A stretch of DNA of 63,354 bases, filler included. It is 7 parts of 7 records of this genome, joined end to end, with 100 filler letters (N's around TTAATTAATTAA, not from the genome) between each part and the next. Parts side by side here need not be neighbours in the genome. Positions count along the whole stretch, not along the records: positions 47,480 to 59,632 come from SRR20825010_2540; positions 59,733 to 63,354 come from SRR20825010_2541; 5 more parts are not named here. The stretch is one strand, 5' to 3'. The position numbers and the translations under genes were made by a program. The stretch's first letter is position 1. Each line of letters begins with the position of its first letter. Below the pieces are notes generated by a model. The model ran no database searches. It was not told where the DNA came from and was given only the letters and a program-made list of their open reading frames with translations. Positions 57,548 through 63,354 of the stretch are shown one piece after another.

Positions 57548-58777
57548 CTACAGCAGCTGGCCGAGCCCCAGTACCGCGACAAACCCAACGCTATACGCCA
57601 CCAACAGATAGCCGAAGTATCGTAGGTAGCTGCCGAACGTCAGTGCTTCGATCTTGCTCATGGCGATCACGCCAGCGGCGGAGCCGATGACAAGAAGCGC
57701 TCCTCCCACTCCCACCGAATAGGTCAACGACAACCACTGGGCCAGGTTCATTTCGATGCCGGAATTGAGCAGGGCGGCGGTGAGCGGCACGTTATCAAAC
57801 AGGGCCGAGGCCAGGCCCACCAGGAAGTTGGCGGCCACTGGCGGCATCACTTCATAGAGTGCCGGGAAGTAGGCCAGCATCCCCAGTTCCTTGAGCATGC
57901 CGACCAGCAGCAACACGCCCAGGAAGAACAGCAGGGTGTCGAACTCGATCTTGCGAATGTATTCCAGAACCGGTTCGTCCTTGTTCAGGAACTGCACCAC
58001 CATGAACATCAGCGACAGGCCGAACAGGAAGCACAACACCGGCGGAATGCCGAACGCCACGTTGGCGGCGATGGTGCCGACAATGGTGGCAAAGAACAGC
58101 AGGGCAATGACCTTGTCGCCGCGCTCAATGGCGCTGTTTTTTTTCTGGATATGCACGTCGCCACTGAGGCCCAACGAGAGCATGATGGCGAGCACGGCCA
58201 CGGCCCCGGCAGCGGGCAGGCTGAGTAACAGCAGGTCCGGGATTTCCACTTTGCCTGCCAGAAAGATCATCAGCGTGGTGACGTCCCCGGTGATCAGGGC
58301 AGTGCCGCCGGCATTCACCGAGAACACCACCAGCACCACGTAGCGCATCAGCTTTTTGGCCGGCAGGTTCAGGTTCATCAGCACAGCGATACATACCAGG
58401 GTGGCGGTGATGTTGTCGGCCATGGAAGAGAACAGGAAAGCAAACAGGCCGGTGAGCAGCATCAATTTGCGTTCGCTGATGTGCTCGGGCAGCAGCTTGT
58501 TGACCAGGCTATCGATAATGCCCTTGCTGGACAGGTAGGCCACAAAGGTCATGGCGGCCATCAGAAACAGCCACAGGGTGGCAATATCCAGCAGGTTTTC
58601 GTTCAGGCTTTCCATCAGCGCGTCGTGGCTGAGGTGGGCCGGGGGGGCGATAAAGAACAATAGCCAGGCGAACGACCCGAAAAACAGGGTGGTTTTCGCT
58701 TTATCAATATGAACGATGTCTTCGACGACGATGGACAAAAAGCCCAGCGCCACCAGGATCAGCAAAACGGTAGTCAT
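57548..58777 (-). CDS. nhaD: Na+/H+ antiporter NhaD
   Basis: IDKAK, FLMAAMT, ADNITATL, NAGG..LITGDVTTLM, DNVPL, GSAAGV. Confidence 0.9.
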   Translation of the reverse strand: MTTVLLILVALGFLSIVVEDIVHIDKAKTTLFFGSFAWLLFFIAPPAHLSHDALMESLNENLLDIATLWLFLMAAMTFVAYLSSKGIIDSLVNKLLPEHISERKLMLLTGLFAFLFSSMADNITATLVCIAVLMNLNLPAKKLMRYVVLVVFSVNAGGTALITGDVTTLMIFLAGKVEIPDLLLLSLPAAGAVAVLAIMLSLGLSGDVHIQKKNSAIERGDKVIALLFFATIVGTIAANVAFGIPPVLCFLFGLSLMFMVVQFLNKDEPVLEYIRKIEFDTLLFFLGVLLLVGMLKELGMLAYFPALYEVMPPVAANFLVGLASALFDNVPLTAALLNSGIEMNLAQWLSLTYSVGVGGALLVIGSAAGVIAMSKIEALTFGSYLRYFGYLLVAYSVGFVAVLGLGQLL

Positions 58778-58949
58778 AACGGGCGACTCGCACTGTAGGC
58801 AGAAGGTGAAGAGTGGAGGGCGGCGCTATATTAGGCTTTTTGTGAACAGGGTTCACCCGGAAACGGCCTGTTTATCCGTGGTTATCCGGCGAATTGTGGG
58901 CGAAAAACGGGCAAAGGTGGGCAAATTTTGCCCGTCCCCCTTTAAAAAG

Positions 58950-58969
58950 ATGAGAATAATTCGCATTAT
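58950..58969 (+). promoter_or_regulatory. putative Fur box
   Basis: ATGAGAATAATTCGCATTAT upstream of an imelysin gene. Confidence 0.65.
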
Positions 58970-59044
58970 GTGCACCCTGATTGCTTTCGCATCGGTGTGC
59001 CGGTGCGTTTTACTTATTGTGCCTGATGTCATCGAGGAATTTTC

Positions 59045-59632
59045 ATGCTGACCCGCCTGTCCGCCGGGGGCCTGCTACTGGCTTCCCTGTTCTTGTCTGC
59101 CTGCAGCGACGACCCGCAATCCACCGACGCCGACACGGCTCCGGCCTATGACCAGGCAGAGGGCAAGCGGGTGGTGAGCCATTATGCTGATGTGGCGCTG
59201 GCCACCTTTGGCGACGCACTGTCCGGTGCACGGGCCTTGAAGACACAAATCGATGCCCTCCTGGCAGCGCCCACCGAGGCCAACCTGGCCGCCGCTCGCG
59301 ATGCCTGGCGTGCCGCGCGGGTGCCCTACATGCAGACAGAAGTATTCCGCTTCGGCAATGCCGTGGTGGATGAATGGGAAGGGCAGGTGAATGCCTGGCC
59401 GCTGGATGAAGGCCTGATCGATTACGTGGACGAGGACTATCAGGCGGTGATGGGTAACCCCGGTGCCCGCGCCAATATCATTGCCAGTGAGTCACTGAAA
59501 ATCGGTGAACAGACTCTGGACCTGACCGACCTGAACGCGGAGTTGCTGGCCAGCCTCAACGAACTGGGTGGCTCAGAAGTGAACGTGGCGACCGGTTACC
59601 ACGCCATTGAATTCCTGCTGTGGGGCCAGGAC
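59045..59632 (+). CDS. imelysin (IcmP/IrpA-like) iron-regulated lipoprotein, 3' truncated
   Basis: lipobox LSAC; VNAWPLDEGLIDYV; NVATGYHAIEFLLWGQD. Confidence 0.9.
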
Positions 59633-59732
59633 NNNNNNNNNNNNNNNNNNNNNNNNNNNNNNNNNNNNNNNNNNNNTTAATTAATTAANNNNNNNNNNNN
59701 NNNNNNNNNNNNNNNNNNNNNNNNNNNNNNNN
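59633..59732. other. artificial contig linker
   Basis: N44-TTAATTAATTAA-N44. Confidence 0.98.
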
Positions 59733-59828
59733 TGAAAAAGACGGGGTTCGTCAGCAATCTGGGGTACCAACAGCTTGGTACCCCTTTTATCTGCATCATC
59801 GCTCTTCATAGCCGATGGAAACGTTTGA

Positions 59829-60815
59829 TCACCACAAATGATGGACGTGCGGGGCGATGCGTTGCTCATAAATGTTGCGCAGTTCGCCGATCACCTCTGG
59901 CGGCAGGGGTGCCACATCACTTGCAGCAGCATTGGCCGCTGCCTGGGCTGCATTCTTTGCCCCCGGGATCACAACACCAACCGACTCTTCCATCAAAATC
60001 CAGCGCAGGGCGAACTGCGCCATGGTGATATTGTCCGGCACCAGCCGGCGGATTTCTTCGACAGCTTCAAGCGCAACATCAAACGGCACGCCAGCGAAGG
60101 TTTCGCCTTTGTCAAACGCCTCGCCGTTGCGGTTAAACGCACGGTGGTCGTCTGCGGCAAAGGCGGTATCCTTGGTCATCTTACCGGTCAAAAGGCCTGA
60201 TGCCAGCGGTACACGCACGATAACCCCGACATTTTTTGCCTTCGCCTCGCGGAAGAAAAGACCGGACGGGCGTTGACGGAAGATGTTGTAAATGATCTGA
60301 ACCGTCGCCACACCGGGATATTCGATGGCTTTGAGGCCTTCTTCGACCTTTTCGACCGAAACACCGTAATTGCGGATTTTCCCGGCGGTGACCATTTCGT
60401 CCATCACCTCGAACACATCCGGGCGATAGAAAACCTCGGTCGGCGGGCAATGAAGCTGCACAAGATCAAGACAATCGGTCGCAAGGTTCTGCAGACTGCG
60501 TTCAACAAATGCTGTCAGGTTCTGCTTGTTGTATCCCTCGGAAACATGCGGATCCAGACGACGCCCGGCCTTGGTTGCGATGAACGGACGTTCGCCACCG
60601 CGTTCCTTCATGACGTCCGCAATGATTTTTTCCGACCGGCCATCACCGTAAACATCTGCGGTATCAATGAAGGTTGTGCCGTTATCAAGTGCGGCATGCA
60701 GGGCAGCACGCGCGTCAGCTTCTGAAACATCGCCCCACGCGCCACCAATGGCCCAGGCACCGAAACCGACTTCGGATACTGTGCGCCCTGTCTTACCAAA
60801 TTTTCTGTAGTTCAT
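59829..60815 (-). CDS. aldo/keto reductase
   Basis: VSEVGFGAW, FIDTADVYGDGRSE, DLVQLH, RVPLASGLL, VIPGA. Confidence 0.93.
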   Translation of the reverse strand: MNYRKFGKTGRTVSEVGFGAWAIGGAWGDVSEADARAALHAALDNGTTFIDTADVYGDGRSEKIIADVMKERGGERPFIATKAGRRLDPHVSEGYNKQNLTAFVERSLQNLATDCLDLVQLHCPPTEVFYRPDVFEVMDEMVTAGKIRNYGVSVEKVEEGLKAIEYPGVATVQIIYNIFRQRPSGLFFREAKAKNVGVIVRVPLASGLLTGKMTKDTAFAADDHRAFNRNGEAFDKGETFAGVPFDVALEAVEEIRRLVPDNITMAQFALRWILMEESVGVVIPGAKNAAQAAANAAASDVAPLPPEVIGELRNIYEQRIAPHVHHLW

Positions 60816-60827
60816 TTATCGTTGCTC

Positions 60828-61604
60828 CTAAGGCATTAACTGGCCGCCATTGACCTCGATGATCTGGCCGGTGATGTAGCCCGCCATGGCGTTCGAGGCG
60901 AGAAACAGGAACGCCCCGACACATTCATCAGGGCGACCCACGCGGCCCATCGGTACTGTTGCACTTTGCGCGGCAAGAACATCAGGCGGTGTATAGCGGT
61001 CGTGAAACGGTGTCTGGATCAGACCCGGCGAAACGGCGTTCACACGAATGCCGTCTGCGACAAATTCCTTCGCCTGTCCGCGTGTCAGGCTGCTGACAAA
61101 GGACTTTGCCGCGGCATACAGCACCGCACCACCGCCGCCGCCATTGCGCGCGGCAATCGATGTCGTGTTGACCACAAAGCCGTTCTCAGCCGCTTTCAGG
61201 TACGGATACGCCGCCACGGTGGCTTCCCAGACCGATTTGCCATTCAGGGCAAAGACACGGTCAAAATGATCAGCCTCGACCTCGGTCGTGGGCACCCGCC
61301 CCAGCATGCCACCGGCATTGTTGATCAGGCCATCGAGCCCGCCAAGCATCCGGGCGGCTTCCCTGACAACGTTTGTCGGTGTGCCGGTTACACTCATATC
61401 ACCCTGAACAGGTAAAATATGCTCGGGAAACTCTGCCTGAAGCGTAAGCGCTGCATCACGGCTTTCATTGTAATGAAGCGCGACCCTGGCACCCTGTGCC
61501 GCAAACCCCCTGACAATCTCGGCCCCGATCCCGGTTGAGCCACCGGTCACCAAAACACGCCGCGACATCAGGTCTGGAATCCTGATTGCCTGAATATCAC
61601 TCAT
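60828..61604 (-). CDS. SDR family oxidoreductase
   Basis: TGGSTGIG, INNAG, YAAAK, VNAVSPG, ITGQ..EVNGG. Confidence 0.93.
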   Translation of the reverse strand: MSDIQAIRIPDLMSRRVLVTGGSTGIGAEIVRGFAAQGARVALHYNESRDAALTLQAEFPEHILPVQGDMSVTGTPTNVVREAARMLGGLDGLINNAGGMLGRVPTTEVEADHFDRVFALNGKSVWEATVAAYPYLKAAENGFVVNTTSIAARNGGGGGAVLYAAAKSFVSSLTRGQAKEFVADGIRVNAVSPGLIQTPFHDRYTPPDVLAAQSATVPMGRVGRPDECVGAFLFLASNAMAGYITGQIIEVNGGQLMP

Positions 61605-61711
61605 CGTATTCCTCCGGTTAAATTGTCTGACCCTAGATTACGTGTTGCACGGACCGGTGTGGTGTGGTTTTTCATGAATTGAAATCATCCACAAAGTGAA
61701 TAAAGTTCAAC

Positions 61712-62626
61712 TTGGCTGGAATCGACCGCGCAGAGTTTGCCGATCTACGCCTGTTTCTGGCGATTGTCCGCCGCCAGAGTTTCAAGGCGGCTGCCATTGA
61801 ATTCGGGCTTTCGCCGTCGGCGGCCAGTCATGCGATCCGCCGTCTGGAAAGCCGCCTTGGCGTAAAGCTGATCAATCGAACCACCCGCGCAATTGTGGCT
61901 ACCGAACGGGGTCATGACCTTGCAACCAAACTTGCTGAGGGCTTTGACAAACTTGATGAGGCACTCCAGACGCTCGATGCCCCCGGTGCGGCCAGCTTTG
62001 GCGAGGTCCGCATCAACGCCTTTTCCGATGCAGCACACCTTCTCATCGCCCCGGCACTGCCAGAATTTGCCAAAACGTTTCCTGACGTCAGCCTCAGTAT
62101 TGTTGTTGAAAACCGGCCGATTGATATCGTCGCAGAAGGATATGATGCCGGCATCCGCTACGGGCATCTGGTCCCGGAAGACATGGTTGCTGTTGCGCTC
62201 AGTGGACCCCAGCGCTGGGTCGTGGCCGGTGCACCGGATTATTTTGCACAGCACGGAAAACCCGATACCCCCGAAGATCTGCGCAATCACACATGCCTGC
62301 AACTTCTTCTGGGTGATAATTCGCCTTTTCCCTGGGAACTTGGTACCGGCCCGGATCAGAAAAACTACCGCGTGCCCGGCCACATCACCATTCAGGACAC
62401 AGCAACCACGATTTCTGCCGCCAAGGCCGGGCTTGGACTGGCATATCTGCTGGAATCACGGATTGCCCAAGAGCTTGCCAGCGGACAGCTTGAAATCGTG
62501 CTGGAAGACTATGCATCATCAGACGATGCCTTCCATATGTATTACAGCAGCCGCCACAACAATCATCCGGGCTTGCGCGGTCTGATCAACATCATCCGTA
62601 AACAGCACGGCCTGTCGCGCATATGA
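61712..62626 (+). CDS. LysR family regulator (CrgA-like)
   Basis: SFKAAA.EFGLSPSAASHAIRRLE..LGVKLINRTTR; DIVAEGYDAGIR; divergent from SDR-AKR. Confidence 0.92.
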   Translation: MAGIDRAEFADLRLFLAIVRRQSFKAAAIEFGLSPSAASHAIRRLESRLGVKLINRTTRAIVATERGHDLATKLAEGFDKLDEALQTLDAPGAASFGEVRINAFSDAAHLLIAPALPEFAKTFPDVSLSIVVENRPIDIVAEGYDAGIRYGHLVPEDMVAVALSGPQRWVVAGAPDYFAQHGKPDTPEDLRNHTCLQLLLGDNSPFPWELGTGPDQKNYRVPGHITIQDTATTISAAKAGLGLAYLLESRIAQELASGQLEIVLEDYASSDDAFHMYYSSRHNNHPGLRGLINIIRKQHGLSRI

Positions 62627-62708
62627 TCGGCGTGCAAGATTTGGTAAGGCGTGCAAGCGCCTTCAAATGTCTTTCGACAAGGGTGTAAAAAGCACCAACG
62701 CCAATGGA

Positions 62709-63354
62709 TTAGCGCCGATACACCATCTGCCGATAGTTAAGCGCCTCGGCAATGTGGCCACGTTTAACACCACCGCTTCCTGCCAGGTCGGCAATCGTGC
62801 GCGCGACGCGTAAAATCCGGTGATATCCGCGGGCCGATAACTTCATCTGACGTGCGGCATCCTGAAGCAACCTACGCCCGTCAGCATCAAGGGCAGCGGC
62901 GTCTTGCAGGACTTCACCATCAGCCAATGCATTGGTCGAGATATTTTCGTTTTTGTATCGTAACATTTGCAATTCACGGGCCAGAAACACCCGTTCACGG
63001 ATCACGGCACTGGTTTCGCCATTGCTTGGCAGATCAAGTTCTTCGGGCTTTACTGCCGGCACATCAATCTGGATATCAAACCGGTCCAAAAGCGGGCCGG
63101 AAAGCCGCGCCTGATAATCTTCGCCGCATCGTGGCGCGCGGGTACAGGCAAGCTCGTTATCGCCCAGATAGCCACATCGGCAGGGATTCATCGCCGCGAC
63201 CAACTGCACCCGCGCAGGATAGGTCACATGCGCATTGGCCCGTGCGACGGAAATCTGCCCGGTTTCAAGCGGTTGGCGTAAGGCATCCAAAACATTGCGC
63301 TGAAACTCCGGTAATTCATCAAGAAACAAAACCCCGTTATGGGCCAGTGAAATC
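62709..63354 (-). CDS. YifB/ComM family Mg-chelatase-like AAA+ ATPase (C-terminal part)
   Basis: SLAHNGVLFLDELPEF, LRQPLE.G, AAMNPCRCG, SGPLLDRFD, LSARGYHRILRVARTIADL. Confidence 0.92.
   Translation of the reverse strand, partial: ISLAHNGVLFLDELPEFQRNVLDALRQPLETGQISVARANAHVTYPARVQLVAAMNPCRCGYLGDNELACTRAPRCGEDYQARLSGPLLDRFDIQIDVPAVKPEELDLPSNGETSAVIRERVFLARELQMLRYKNENISTNALADGEVLQDAAALDADGRRLLQDAARQMKLSARGYHRILRVARTIADLAGSGGVKRGHIAEALNYRQMVYRR

Noticed and set aside
59733-59809. Gene start MKSDDADKRG downstream of the aldo/keto reductase
   Set aside because: Only about 25 codons before the linker; too short to support a call.

Overview
The window is not one locus. It is seven unrelated contig fragments joined by six artificial 100-nt linkers (N44-TTAATTAATTAA-N44) at 20104-20203, 23397-23496, 26837-26936, 42862-42961, 47380-47479 and 59633-59732. 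Taxa below are inferred from gene content and protein style only. (1) 1-20103, planctomycete (Rhodopirellula-like): ferredoxin, lysA, polysaccharide export and nucleotide-sugar genes, two DUF1559 prepilin-like genes, a redoxin/cytochrome c/Cu-monooxygenase fusion and a TPR/FG-GAP/ASPIC-UnbV lipoprotein. (2) 20204-23396, alphaproteobacterial AI-2E, hdaA, ppk1. (3) 23497-26836, Rhodobacteraceae-like trkA-trkH-hfq-hflX. (4) 26937-42861, gammaproteobacterial (Alcanivorax-like): etfB/ETF-QO, LysR, a Fur-type TonB receptor-PepSY operon, a REP doublet and a GFA pseudogene. It ends in an AT-rich accessory patch with a PD-(D/E)XK-like gene, a GGGGTCAG-ended miniature element, a truncated attC-like site and an IS3-like end. 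(5) 42962-47379, Rhizobiales proA-nadD-rsfS-rlmH-envC-ctpA. (6) 47480-59632, gammaproteobacterial: a complete four-gene Zorya type III-like anti-phage operon (DUF3348, ZorA, ZorB, DUF2894) with a perfect 22-bp inverted repeat upstream, then DinB, PLD, an Omp85-like protein, NhaD and imelysin. (7) 59733-63354, alphaproteobacterial AKR, SDR, LysR and YifB. No rRNA, tRNA or CRISPR array was seen. Family names come from recognised motifs, not from database searches.
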